This document shows positions 36,533-45,186 of a stretch of DNA of 64,000 bases, in pieces; position 1 is the first letter of the stretch, and every line of letters begins with the position of its first letter. Source of the DNA: Minisyncoccota bacterium. Its GTDB lineage: Bacteria > Patescibacteriota > Minisyncoccia > Phycocordibacterales > PALSA-1337. Position numbers and translations under genes: made by a program. The stretch lies in assembly GCA_041665325.1 (NCBI GenBank), contig JBAYJB010000001.1, forward strand, positions 61,824-125,823, written 5' to 3'. The notes beneath the pieces are model-generated. The model saw only the letters and a list, made by a program, of their open reading frames with translations. It made no database searches and was not told where the DNA came from.

Positions 36533-36568
36533 GTTCAGGGGCGCTCTCACGGGCGCCTCTTTTTTGTT
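36533..36568 (+). terminator. Intrinsic terminator, 35/36 identical to 35529..35564
   Basis: AGGGGCGCTC-TCAC-GGGCGCCTCT-TTTTT. Confidence 0.85.
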
Positions 36569-36585
36569 TGTGCTAGGATTCTTGC

Positions 36586-36909
36586 ATGCCACTCATCAAT
36601 CTAGAATATGACAAGGAGATAGTTTCAGACGGGGATATTAGGATTCTATCTCAAGCTGTTCGTGACATTGTTTCAGAAACTACGGGCATAGAAGACGTCT
36701 TTGTCTATGCCAATGCTTCACAGATACGTATCAGAGTCGCTCCAGTAGAGATATTTGTCAGGATGACAGCCAAGAAGATCAAGAATGAAGACGAACTTAT
36801 AGGTACTATTAAATCTAAACTTAAGGAATGGAAACAAGGCTCCCGTTTTAAGCACCCGATAAATTTGACTCTAATACCCATGAATTGGAAGGTTGAGATA
36901 GGGATATAA
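36586..36909 (+). CDS. Hypothetical protein, possibly tautomerase/MIF fold
   Basis: Starts MP.I..EY (N-terminal Pro typical of the tautomerase superfamily); AT-rich. Confidence 0.6.
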   Translation: MPLINLEYDKEIVSDGDIRILSQAVRDIVSETTGIEDVFVYANASQIRIRVAPVEIFVRMTAKKIKNEDELIGTIKSKLKEWKQGSRFKHPINLTLIPMNWKVEIGI

Positions 36910-36914
36910 CCAAC

Positions 36915-37499
36915 ATGTCCCTCACCCTCATCTTCGAAGCCCATGGCACGACATCTGATAACGAAGCCCACCTATCGTCGGGCTGGTATGATGTGGCCCT
37001 ATCTCCCAAGGGCGAACAGCAGTCGCGGGAGATGGGCGAGCGTTACAGGGACGACCATTTCGACGCCATATTCTGCTCGGACTTACAGCGGGCCTGGAGA
37101 AGCGCAGAGATTGCATTTTGTAAGAATAAAGTTGGAAAGCTTGTTACAGACAATGATTTTCTTAAGGCGGAATGTAAGTTTCCAATAATAACCGATGCGC
37201 GCCTGCGTGAATGCAATTATGGCGACCTGACGCAGAAACCGAGCGAGCTCGTGGACGCGGAGAAGACGAAGCGGATCAGCGTGCCATTCCCGAACGGCGA
37301 GAGCTACGAGGAGACCAATGCTCGGATGAAGTCGTTCCTAGAAGACCTGAAGAGGGACTATGACGGCAAGAGGGTCATGGTCATCGGCCACCGCGCGACG
37401 CAGTACGGCATCGAGGCGTATGTCAATGGTATGACCGTCGAAGAATGTCTGGCCAAACCATTCAAATGGGAGCCGGGGTGGGTTTACAAAATCAAATAG
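36915..37499 (+). CDS. Histidine phosphatase family protein
   Basis: AHG.T.DN....SG..D..LS..G, SDLQRA..SA, RLRECNYG, P.GES, VIGH. Confidence 0.9.
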   Translation: MSLTLIFEAHGTTSDNEAHLSSGWYDVALSPKGEQQSREMGERYRDDHFDAIFCSDLQRAWRSAEIAFCKNKVGKLVTDNDFLKAECKFPIITDARLRECNYGDLTQKPSELVDAEKTKRISVPFPNGESYEETNARMKSFLEDLKRDYDGKRVMVIGHRATQYGIEAYVNGMTVEECLAKPFKWEPGWVYKIK

Positions 37500-37513
37500 G
37501 GTAAACTATCGGT

Positions 37514-38068
37514 GTGAATCCCGAAAAGAAACAGTTACAGAATATTGCTTTTGTTGATGGCCAGAATCTCCATCTTGGTACAAGGGGGAACTCTTGGGCC
37601 ATTGATCACATAAAGTTCAGAACATACCTCAAAGAGAAATATAAGATTGACGAGGCCTATTATTTCCTCGGTTTTATATCTACAGGTGAACAGGATCTTT
37701 ACGATAGGCTTCAAAAAGCTGGATTTATACTTAGTTTTCGTGAGCACCCAGCAAATCTGAAGGGTAGTAAGAAGGGAAATGTTGATTCAGATATCATTTT
37801 TAGCCTTATGAAGAAGCTAGTTGAGAATGAGCCGTTTGATAAAGCCTTCATCATATCGGGTGATGGGGATTATAAAAAATTAGTCGATTTTCTCATAAAA
37901 AGAGTTAAATTTGGGAAAATGCTTTTTCCAAACAATGGTAATGCATCATCACTTTATAAAGCGTTAGGTGGTGAATACTTCGATTTTCTTGATTCTCCGG
38001 ATGTGAGGGCAAAGATTGAATATACCCATGTATCGCGTAGTGCTCCCATAATGAAAAAGGCCCCTTAG
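37514..38068 (+). CDS. NYN-domain (LabA/DUF88, PIN-like) ribonuclease
   Basis: FVDGQNL, KGNVDSDI, ISGDGDY..LV; AT-rich. Confidence 0.9.
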   Translation: MNPEKKQLQNIAFVDGQNLHLGTRGNSWAIDHIKFRTYLKEKYKIDEAYYFLGFISTGEQDLYDRLQKAGFILSFREHPANLKGSKKGNVDSDIIFSLMKKLVENEPFDKAFIISGDGDYKKLVDFLIKRVKFGKMLFPNNGNASSLYKALGGEYFDFLDSPDVRAKIEYTHVSRSAPIMKKAP

Positions 38069-38208
38069 GTATTGCACCGTTCGGGTCCTTCTTCGTAGTT
38101 ATACATGACGAATATACCCGTTTTATATTACAAAGTCAAGTTTTGTGGGTGTGGATTATTTCGCTATTTAAAGGCTAGAATATGTAGGTATCCACACTAG
38201 GCCGAGAT

Positions 38209-38247
38209 TTCAAATGGCAGCTGTGGTGGAAGTATGAGGTGAGGTAA
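38209..38247 (+). pseudogene. Relic copy of the last 13 codons of the histidine phosphatase gene
   Basis: TTC AAA TGG CAG CTG TGG TGG AAG TAT GAG GTG AGG TAA = FKWQLWWKYEVR*, vs FKWEPGWVYKIK* at 37461..37499. Confidence 0.65.
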
Positions 38248-38271
38248 CGTCCTTGCATTTTGGTCTAATCT

Positions 38272-38919
38272 GTGGTTTCATCATTCATGAACTTAGCTGA
38301 AGAATTTAACCAATGGAAAAGGAGATATAGCTCTATGAAAATGTCAGATTTCGCGGCTGTAACAGCCGTAGACCCACACGAGGAAACTGCGTTAGCTTAC
38401 CAGTATCCCCTTCCTCTAATCAGGACGAACTTCGTCAAACGTTTCCTCCTGAAGCGTGGTATACCTGCCAACGAGTATTATCACATGGATGTGTTCGACT
38501 GTGCTCGCAGCCCGCAATCACATGTAGGTCCATTCGTGAACGCGATCGATTTCTTGGTGCCTGACGGCACGATCGTGCTTGCGGCGCGTGATGGAGCGAT
38601 CATCGACATCAAAGAGGATTCTTCCGAATGGGGGGACAATCCCCGGTTCCGCGATAAGCTCAACTACGTGACTGTTGATCACGGAAATGGCGAGTTCTCG
38701 CAGTACTGCCACCTACGCAAAGGATCGGTCGCGGCTCTCGGTCTCAGTCTCAATCGGCTTGTCTCGGCCGGCCAGCAGATCGCCGTGGTTGGCAAAACCG
38801 GCTGGACCGATCGAGATCACCTGCACTTCATCGTCTTCAAGAAGGTTGAGGGCGGCGATGGCTTCAAGAGTCTGAAGATTCAATTCATCGGTAGTACCGA
38901 TTTTGACCCAAGCGTCTAA
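38272..38919 (+). CDS. M23 family metallopeptidase
   Basis: H......AIDF.VP.GT.V.AARDG, NYV.VDH.NG..S.YCHL, G..G.T...HLHF; start uncertain. Confidence 0.85.
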   Translation: MVSSFMNLAEEFNQWKRRYSSMKMSDFAAVTAVDPHEETALAYQYPLPLIRTNFVKRFLLKRGIPANEYYHMDVFDCARSPQSHVGPFVNAIDFLVPDGTIVLAARDGAIIDIKEDSSEWGDNPRFRDKLNYVTVDHGNGEFSQYCHLRKGSVAALGLSLNRLVSAGQQIAVVGKTGWTDRDHLHFIVFKKVEGGDGFKSLKIQFIGSTDFDPSV

Positions 38920-38982
38920 GGGTCGATCCAACCACTCTCCCGGGTGACTGTAATGGTCATCCGGTTTTTTATTCAAATGCAT

Positions 38983-39021
38983 TTCAAATGGCAGCCGGGG
39001 TGGGTGTATGAATTGAGGTAA
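38983..39021 (+). pseudogene. Relic copy of the last 13 codons of the histidine phosphatase gene
   Basis: TTC AAA TGG CAG CCG GGG TGG GTG TAT GAA TTG AGG TAA = FKWQPGWVYELR*. Confidence 0.8.
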
Positions 39022-39149
39022 TAAAACCTAAAACTCGGTTCGTTTGATTTAAATAAAAGTTATCGTTATACGTTTCTCAAATATCCTTATTTGACATAAG
39101 AAGTATGAGGAATATAATATAACAATAACTATAAATATACTCTAACAAC

Positions 39150-39536
39150 ATGGCGTTAAAAGACCTAATACAAAATACAAATTCAACAGAGAAGGATTTA
39201 GAAAATATTCTAAAGAGTAGAGTAAAACTGCTCAAGATCAATGACCTTTACTCTGTCCACATAGAAAGGTCATTTTCTAAGACATTGGATCAAAAAAACA
39301 AAATTCTTTTCTATTTGGCAGGCAAACTAGCTTGGCAAATCTTAGAGAAGAATCAGATTTGGGTAAAACCAAAGGAGTTAGAATCTGAGCTTGGTATTAG
39401 TGGGGGTACAATAAGACCAAGTCTCCTTGCTTTCAAAAAGCATAAGTTTGTTGAGTATAACAAGAAAGATAAAGGCTATCGATTAACAGGAGTTGGTTTG
39501 TCTGAGCTTATAAAGTTCCAAGAGGAGCTTGAGTAA
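39150..39536 (+). CDS. Hypothetical protein with probable winged-helix domain
   Basis: KPKELESELGISGGTIRPSL...K..FV.......YRLT..G pattern; AT-rich; TTGACA-16-TATAAT at 39091..39118. Confidence 0.7.
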   Translation: MALKDLIQNTNSTEKDLENILKSRVKLLKINDLYSVHIERSFSKTLDQKNKILFYLAGKLAWQILEKNQIWVKPKELESELGISGGTIRPSLLAFKKHKFVEYNKKDKGYRLTGVGLSELIKFQEELE

Positions 39537-39541
39537 ATATC

Positions 39542-39970
39542 ATGGATAACGAAACGCTAAAAGAGATAAACAAAAAGCTTGATAAGATACTTTTTATTCT
39601 TGGTGGGCAAGTAAAAGAACCTATGAGAAGTAGGAGCCCCTCATCAGTAAAGTCACTACAAAAAGGTACTACTTTTGACGCGCACACCATTAACTTTAAT
39701 CAAAATAATCGGGCATTTTTCAAAAAATATATTGGAGACATGACCGGTCCAGAGAAGTATACTCTGACCTTGGCTTTTTGCGCAAAAGGGAAAATAGGTC
39801 TACCTGTAGAATCAGAAAAAATAAATAACCTCTGGAATAAACTGTTTGTAATTTTCGGAGGTAAGCTAACTTCACGTACTTATGCGACTAGGGCAAAAGA
39901 AAAGGGTTGGATCGACTCTAATAAGCATGGTGAATATTTTCTAAGAGATCAGTGGGCAGCGATATTCTAA
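39542..39970 (+). CDS. Hypothetical protein, probable winged-helix-like domain
   Basis: MTGPEK...W.K...G....Y..RAKEKGWI....GEY.L, similar to the N-terminus of the next gene. Confidence 0.7.
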   Translation: MDNETLKEINKKLDKILFILGGQVKEPMRSRSPSSVKSLQKGTTFDAHTINFNQNNRAFFKKYIGDMTGPEKYTLTLAFCAKGKIGLPVESEKINNLWNKLFVIFGGKLTSRTYATRAKEKGWIDSNKHGEYFLRDQWAAIF

Positions 39971-39977
39971 GTAAACC

Positions 39978-40742
39978 ATGTTTGATTATAAACACAAAAG
40001 TTTATTAGCTTTATTAAGCGGACTACCCTTAGATTCAATGACTGGGGAAGAAAAGTTCCTTGCGTTAGGAGTGATAATTTCTCAGGAAAAGATTGATCTC
40101 GATATCTCTGCTTCAGATGTAAGGAGTAAGTGGTCTAAGGGTTTACTTGGGAAATATAATCCAGGTTATTACTACCGGGCCGAATCAAAAGGGTGGGTAA
40201 TTCCCGATGATGCAGAGCATAATAAGTTTATTGTTACCCCTGAGGGTTTTAAACATCTTAAAACCACCATAGGCCATGAAGAGAAAGACGAACTACTAAA
40301 TCCAAAAGAAGTAAGAAAGACAGGTAAACTTTTTATTTTCAACAAATCAAGCGCGTACAGCTTCGATAAGTTTATTAGGAATATTCTAAAAAATGCTAAA
40401 AGTAGGGTTTTAATAGCAGATTCATATGTAGATGAGACAATATTTGATAATCATCTTGAAACTTTACCCAACGACCTAATTATAAAAGTCCTCTTTATGA
40501 ATGACTCTGGCTCATTCGGCGCAAGAATGAAAAGATTCAAGGTTCAATTTAAGAAATCAGATTTCAAAAAGTATAAAGATTTACACGATAGATTTATTAT
40601 TGTAGATGATATTGCTTATATTATAGGGCCATCAATAAAAGATGCTGCGGCCAATAGCCCAGCAATTGTTGTGGGTCTTAATCAACAGGAAACTTTGCTC
40701 ATTAGTAATTTTTTTAGCGACATTTGGAAATTAGGCAAATAG
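39978..40742 (+). CDS. Winged-helix-like domain fused to a PLD-like (HDRF..D) nuclease domain
   Basis: AK.RVLIADSYVD, LHDRFIIVD, IIGPSIKD. Confidence 0.75.
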   Translation: MFDYKHKSLLALLSGLPLDSMTGEEKFLALGVIISQEKIDLDISASDVRSKWSKGLLGKYNPGYYYRAESKGWVIPDDAEHNKFIVTPEGFKHLKTTIGHEEKDELLNPKEVRKTGKLFIFNKSSAYSFDKFIRNILKNAKSRVLIADSYVDETIFDNHLETLPNDLIIKVLFMNDSGSFGARMKRFKVQFKKSDFKKYKDLHDRFIIVDDIAYIIGPSIKDAAANSPAIVVGLNQQETLLISNFFSDIWKLGK

Positions 40743-40768
40743 ATTTTGTTTGCTGATATACTGTCAGC

Positions 40769-41923
40769 ATGGAACCCCTCGCCAACAAAATACGACCACA
40801 GACGCTCAAGACCTTCGTCGGTCAGGAGCATCTGGTCGGTCCGGGCAAGCCTCTGCGCAAAGCTATCGAGGACAAGCATCTCTTCTCGTTCATCTTCTGG
40901 GGGCCGCCAGGAGTCGGCAAGACCACGCTCGCCCGCATCTATGCCCGTGCCCTCGATGCCCGGCTCTATGAGCTCTCGGCCGTCTCGGCGGGCAAGGACG
41001 ACATCCGCAAGATCGTGGAGGCGCCGGATACGCTCATGGATGCTCGGCCCAAGGTCCTATTCCTCGACGAGATCCACCGCTTCAACAAGGCTCAGCAGGA
41101 CTTCCTGTTGCCGTATGTGGAGTCGGGCAAGCTGACCCTCATCGGCGCTACGACCGAGAATCCTTCGTTTGAGATCATATCGGCTCTCTTGTCGCGCTGT
41201 AGGGTATTCGTGCTCAAGTCCTTGTCCGAGGAAGACCTCCGGGCCATCGTGAAGAGCACCAAGCTAAAGGTGCCCAAGGAGGCTCTGGAATGGCTGGTGG
41301 CACTCGCGAACGGCGATGCCAGGATCGCCATCACGGCTCTCGAGAATTGCGAGCGCCTCTACGGCGCGGTCACGCTCGCTCACCTCAAGGATACCTTCGA
41401 GCACGCCTTCATCCGCTTCGACAAGAAGGGCGAGGAGCACTACGACACTATTTCTGCGTATATAAAGAGTATGAGGGCTGGCGATGCTGATGCGGCTCTT
41501 TACTACCTCGCACGAATGATTGAGGGCGGTGAAGATCCGAAGTTTATAGCTAGGAGGATGGTCATATTTGCCTCGGAGGACATCGGACTGGCTCAGCCGA
41601 CGGCGCTGGTAGTCGCCAATGCTGTCTTTGCGGCCGTCGATGTCATCGGCATGCCTGAAGCGCAGATCAATCTGGCGCATGGCACGGCCTACTTGGCTCT
41701 AGCCGCCAAAGACCGTAGCGCTCATGACGGCTATTTCGAGGCCCTCGATGATGTGAAGAAGACGGGGAACTTGCTTGTGCCTCTCAAGATCAGGAATGCA
41801 CCGACCAAGCTCATGAAGGAGATGGGTTATGGCAAAGACTATAATAAGTACGATAAGAGCGGATATCTACCGGAGAAACTGAAAGGGAAGAGGTATCTAA
41901 AGACGAAAAAGAAGGGGGATTGA
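40769..41923 (+). CDS. rarA: Replication-associated recombination protein A (MgsA/RarA)
   Basis: [54 protein letters not shown]. Confidence 0.97.
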   Translation: MEPLANKIRPQTLKTFVGQEHLVGPGKPLRKAIEDKHLFSFIFWGPPGVGKTTLARIYARALDARLYELSAVSAGKDDIRKIVEAPDTLMDARPKVLFLDEIHRFNKAQQDFLLPYVESGKLTLIGATTENPSFEIISALLSRCRVFVLKSLSEEDLRAIVKSTKLKVPKEALEWLVALANGDARIAITALENCERLYGAVTLAHLKDTFEHAFIRFDKKGEEHYDTISAYIKSMRAGDADAALYYLARMIEGGEDPKFIARRMVIFASEDIGLAQPTALVVANAVFAAVDVIGMPEAQINLAHGTAYLALAAKDRSAHDGYFEALDDVKKTGNLLVPLKIRNAPTKLMKEMGYGKDYNKYDKSGYLPEKLKGKRYLKTKKKGD

Positions 41924-42006
41924 CATACTGGTTTATTGTGTGAGAGGGTGTATTCAAATCACACGGGTGATCTTTCCAACCAAGGACTCTCAACCCAAAA
42001 CTAGCC

Positions 42007-42387
42007 ATGAATACACACTTCACTCGGGCTACGCCCGACCGGTTGGGGGCGCATGTCAATGCTAGCTTCAGCCAACCGGCCTACGAGAAAACCCTTTCTT
42101 TCGCTGTGCGTTGGGCCTTCCTATCGGAAGCCTGGCTCAATGAGAAGATGGGTGATCTCGAAGAGATCTTCCCGCTCACAGCTGAGGATGCCGATCCGCT
42201 GAAGGTCATCTCGGTCACCATGCTCGATCATGCGGCTAAGGTGATCATGCCGGACATCTGGATCCACGGCCACCGTCTAGCGCATTGGTACAAGAGCCCC
42301 GCCGGTCAGCAGTTCATGAATGACTTCGTGGGCAATCGTCCGGCCTTCATCAACGATGTTCCGGTCGTGTTTCCGCCGGCACCTTGA
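42007..42387 (+). CDS. Hypothetical protein, paralog of 42534..42923
   Basis: Shared L.FA.RWA, ADP, MLD, L..WY..P.GQ.F, RPA motifs; terminator at about 42413..42441. Confidence 0.7.
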   Translation: MNTHFTRATPDRLGAHVNASFSQPAYEKTLSFAVRWAFLSEAWLNEKMGDLEEIFPLTAEDADPLKVISVTMLDHAAKVIMPDIWIHGHRLAHWYKSPAGQQFMNDFVGNRPAFINDVPVVFPPAP

Positions 42388-42533
42388 TCAGGGATGATAT
42401 GTTCACTCCCTCGGCCTGCACAACTTGTTGCGGGCCTTTTTGTTTGACAAACTGTGTTGTTTATGGGAGATTGCAGTCTGAATCGTACGGATGATTCTTG
42501 ATAATTTGCCTGAAAACCCTCAACCCTAAGGTT

Positions 42534-42923
42534 ATGTTAAAACCAAACCCGATCGCCAGATTCACCCGCCACAAGGAAAACATTTGGCGTAATTATGTGC
42601 AGTTGAGCGCTCGCGACGAAACCCTCGTCCCGGTGCTCGAATTCGCGGCCCGCTGGGCCTGTGGCATGGAACGGCGGTTGGATCACTTCGGTGAACCCCT
42701 CGACAAATCAGCTGTCGCTCAAGCCACCACAGCTGACCCGGAATCGCTCACGCCCGACATGCTCGACATGGTCGTGCATATCCTGTGGGAAGTTGATTGG
42801 CTTTACGCCAGGATGCTGGTGATGTGGTATCGCACGCCGATTGGCCAGGACTTCCGTGTCTCGCTCGACAACGCTCGTCCGGCAGTCGTGACAATCCAAC
42901 CCTCAACAAGCCCCGCATCATGA
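42534..42923 (+). CDS. Hypothetical protein, paralog of 42007..42387
   Basis: Same shared motifs. Confidence 0.7.
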   Translation: MLKPNPIARFTRHKENIWRNYVQLSARDETLVPVLEFAARWACGMERRLDHFGEPLDKSAVAQATTADPESLTPDMLDMVVHILWEVDWLYARMLVMWYRTPIGQDFRVSLDNARPAVVTIQPSTSPAS

Positions 42924-43255
42924 CACCTATTCTCGTACCATTTACGCCTACGGTTACTAAGCGGCAGATCGTCACCAAGACTCCCATCGAGCTCGGCCTC
43001 GATCCGACTGCCACCAAGTTCTCCAAGAAGTCAGTCGAGGACGCTGCCATGCTCCAAGGATTAATCCTGGCTACCGGATTGGACATCCATCACTTCGGCA
43101 AAAATGGCGAGCAGGTGTGCGCTGTGCGGCACTGGGTTGAAGGCGGTGCATATCTTTTTGTCGATGAATCCGGATGTCCGTGCGTTGGGGTATGCTTCGG
43201 GGAAATGATCTTTCCTAAAGAAGCCGCCATCATGTTCATTGAGGAAATCCCTTGA
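42920..43255 (+). CDS. Hypothetical protein
   Basis: ATGA overlap with upstream gene; terminator at about 43278..43308. Confidence 0.6.
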   Translation: MTPILVPFTPTVTKRQIVTKTPIELGLDPTATKFSKKSVEDAAMLQGLILATGLDIHHFGKNGEQVCAVRHWVEGGAYLFVDESGCPCVGVCFGEMIFPKEAAIMFIEEIP

Positions 43256-43306
43256 CCATTGCCAGGATTTCCATCTCGGGGCCCGTTCGAAAGTTCGGGC
43301 TCTTTT

Positions 43307-44215
43307 TTATTGGCAGAGTTTGATGAGCGCCTTCAGATCGACTGGTTGATACACCCAGGTGATCCTCTTATCTTTTTTAAACCAAGTCATCTGGCGCTTG
43401 GCGTACTGCCAGATCTTGGTCGAGAGCTCATCGATGAGATGCTCCAAAGTGAATTTGTTGTCGAGGTATTGAGCGAGATAGCGGTACTCGAGGCCGAGCT
43501 CGTCCATGCGCTCGGAAGTGAGACCCGAACCCTCTGGTGGGGCGGCCATGAGTTTTCGTGCTTCGTCTGGCATGCCGTGCTCCAAGCGTTTGACCAGGCG
43601 GTCGAAGATGCGGTTCTTGAGCTGGGTGTTGGACATGGTCAGGCCGATCTGGATCGCTTCATACTTCGGCTCCGCCGGCTTCTCGATCGGCGGCACATAG
43701 CCCAATTTGTTCGCGATGATGATCGCTCTGGAGAGGCGGCGTTTGTTCTTCAGATCGATAGTCAGGGCCCGTTTCGGGTCCAACTTTTTGAGCATTTCAA
43801 ATAATTCCTCGACCGGTTTCTCTTCTAAGGCTTTCTGTTCCTCGGTGTCGGCCTCGACTTCCGGGAAGCCTAGATTGTCCACAAGTGTCGAGATATAGAA
43901 TCCCGTGCCGCCGCAGACGATGGGCAGTTTGCCGCGTTTCAGGATGTCATCTATAGCTTGCTCTGCTGCGCGTTTCCAGTCCATGGCTGTAAATCGATCC
44001 TGTGGATCGGCTATATCGAGGCAGTGGTGCGGTACGCCCCTCATCTCGGCCAGTGTGATCTTGCCCGTGCCGATGTCGAGGCCCTTGTAGACTTGGCGTG
44101 AATCAGCCGAGATCACTTCGCCGCCGAGTTTGAGGGCCAGCTCCACAGCGATGTCGCTTTTGCCGATGGCGGTGGGCCCTAGGATGACCAAGATGCGTGG
44201 GAGTTGATTTTTCAT
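43307..44215 (-). CDS. miaA: tRNA dimethylallyltransferase
   Basis: GPTAIGKS, ISADSRQVYKGLDIGTGK, PHH.LD, GGTGFY, YAKRQ.TWF. Confidence 0.97.
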   Translation of the reverse strand: MKNQLPRILVILGPTAIGKSDIAVELALKLGGEVISADSRQVYKGLDIGTGKITLAEMRGVPHHCLDIADPQDRFTAMDWKRAAEQAIDDILKRGKLPIVCGGTGFYISTLVDNLGFPEVEADTEEQKALEEKPVEELFEMLKKLDPKRALTIDLKNKRRLSRAIIIANKLGYVPPIEKPAEPKYEAIQIGLTMSNTQLKNRIFDRLVKRLEHGMPDEARKLMAAPPEGSGLTSERMDELGLEYRYLAQYLDNKFTLEHLIDELSTKIWQYAKRQMTWFKKDKRITWVYQPVDLKALIKLCQ

Positions 44216-44236
44216 CAGAGTTAAGTAATATCAGTT

Positions 44237-44557
44237 ATGGCGTTCGTTTGCAATCGAAACTTCAACCCCATTCGTCTTATGTTGCTCGCTCCCGGTTCGC
44301 TCACACCTACTAATAGTATTGGTCACGGAGGAAGGGATCTCATGCTCCCACTCCCGGCGGCACCGAAATCAGCTCCTGATCCGGCTATCGCCCGCGATCG
44401 TATCATCGCGCTCAAGAATCGCGGCCAGCTCATCAAGGGCAGCCTGGATTTCTTCACGGTCAAGGACCACGCCGGCTTCATCGCGCAGTTCGAAAGTGCG
44501 CTGGCCAAGGCGCGTGCCGCCCTCAAGGAGATCGATCCGGATCACCTCATCCCGTGA
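44237..44557 (+). CDS. Hypothetical protein (start uncertain, possibly 44342)
   Basis: ORF with typical codon usage in its 3' part, followed by terminator GCCCGCACC...GGTGCGGGC-TTTTT. Confidence 0.5.
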   Translation: MAFVCNRNFNPIRLMLLAPGSLTPTNSIGHGGRDLMLPLPAAPKSAPDPAIARDRIIALKNRGQLIKGSLDFFTVKDHAGFIAQFESALAKARAALKEIDPDHLIP

Positions 44558-44631
44558 TTCTTGATGGAGTTGCTGTCGTCACCTCGCCCGCACCACTTGT
44601 TTGGTGCGGGCTTTTTGTATGTGCACACAAA

Positions 44632-45063
44632 TCATTCCTTTTGCATGGAAATTTCTTTGATAAATTCCAAGCTATTTCTACAAACTCTAGTGACAAACTT
44701 TCTTTTTCCAGTTTTCTGAACGGAGCTCTGAGTCGTACTCCTGTACCCCAGGCTATCGATCATGATTTGCACATCCTGAGAAAGTCCGTGGATGATGGTG
44801 GTAAAATTTGCGTAAGTATATGATCTATCTTTATAAACCGACCCGTCAGTTTCAAATAAGCCTCGTAAGCAATTACGAACATATTCCTTTTTGCCAAATA
44901 CCCACGCAGGAACCCTGATGTTCTGTTCAAACTTTGAACCAGCAAGAGCCTTCCAACCCAGAATTGCTTCCAGCTCATTCGAATATACACATACATTGGA
45001 AAGATTGCCATTTCCAATAGCGAAACCTATGACATAGGCAGTGTTTGAACTACGGTGATCCAT
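44632..45063 (-). mobile_element. Free-standing LAGLIDADG homing endonuclease-like ORF, probably internally deleted
   Basis: AYVIGFAIGNG and LRGLFETDGS motifs; AT-rich; ATG begins 2 nt after the tRNA-Leu discriminator. Confidence 0.75.
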
Positions 45064-45065
45064 TG

Positions 45066-45147
45066 TGCCAGAGGCGGGACTTGCACCCGCAAGCCTTTCG
45101 GCGACCGATTTTGAGTCGATTGTGTTTGCTAATTTCACCACTCTGGC
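45066..45147 (-). tRNA. tRNA-Leu(CAA)
   Basis: GCCAGAG/CTCTGGC acceptor, ATCGA-CTCAAAA-TCGGT, variable arm GCCGAAAGGC; atypical D-loop and T-loop (TGCAAGT). Confidence 0.88.
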
Positions 45148-45186
45148 CTAGGCACAGTCTACAATAACTTATGTTAAAATACACGC

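Noticed and set aside
38055-38095. Stem-loop overlapping the NYN gene stop (possible RNA antitoxin or target)
   Set aside because: Short imperfect pairing in a single copy; cannot be distinguished from an ordinary 3' hairpin.
45064-45141. N-terminal extension of the LAGLIDADG ORF given in the track (start 45141)
   Set aside because: The extension is the tRNA-Leu sequence read in frame; ATG at 45063 is the more plausible start.
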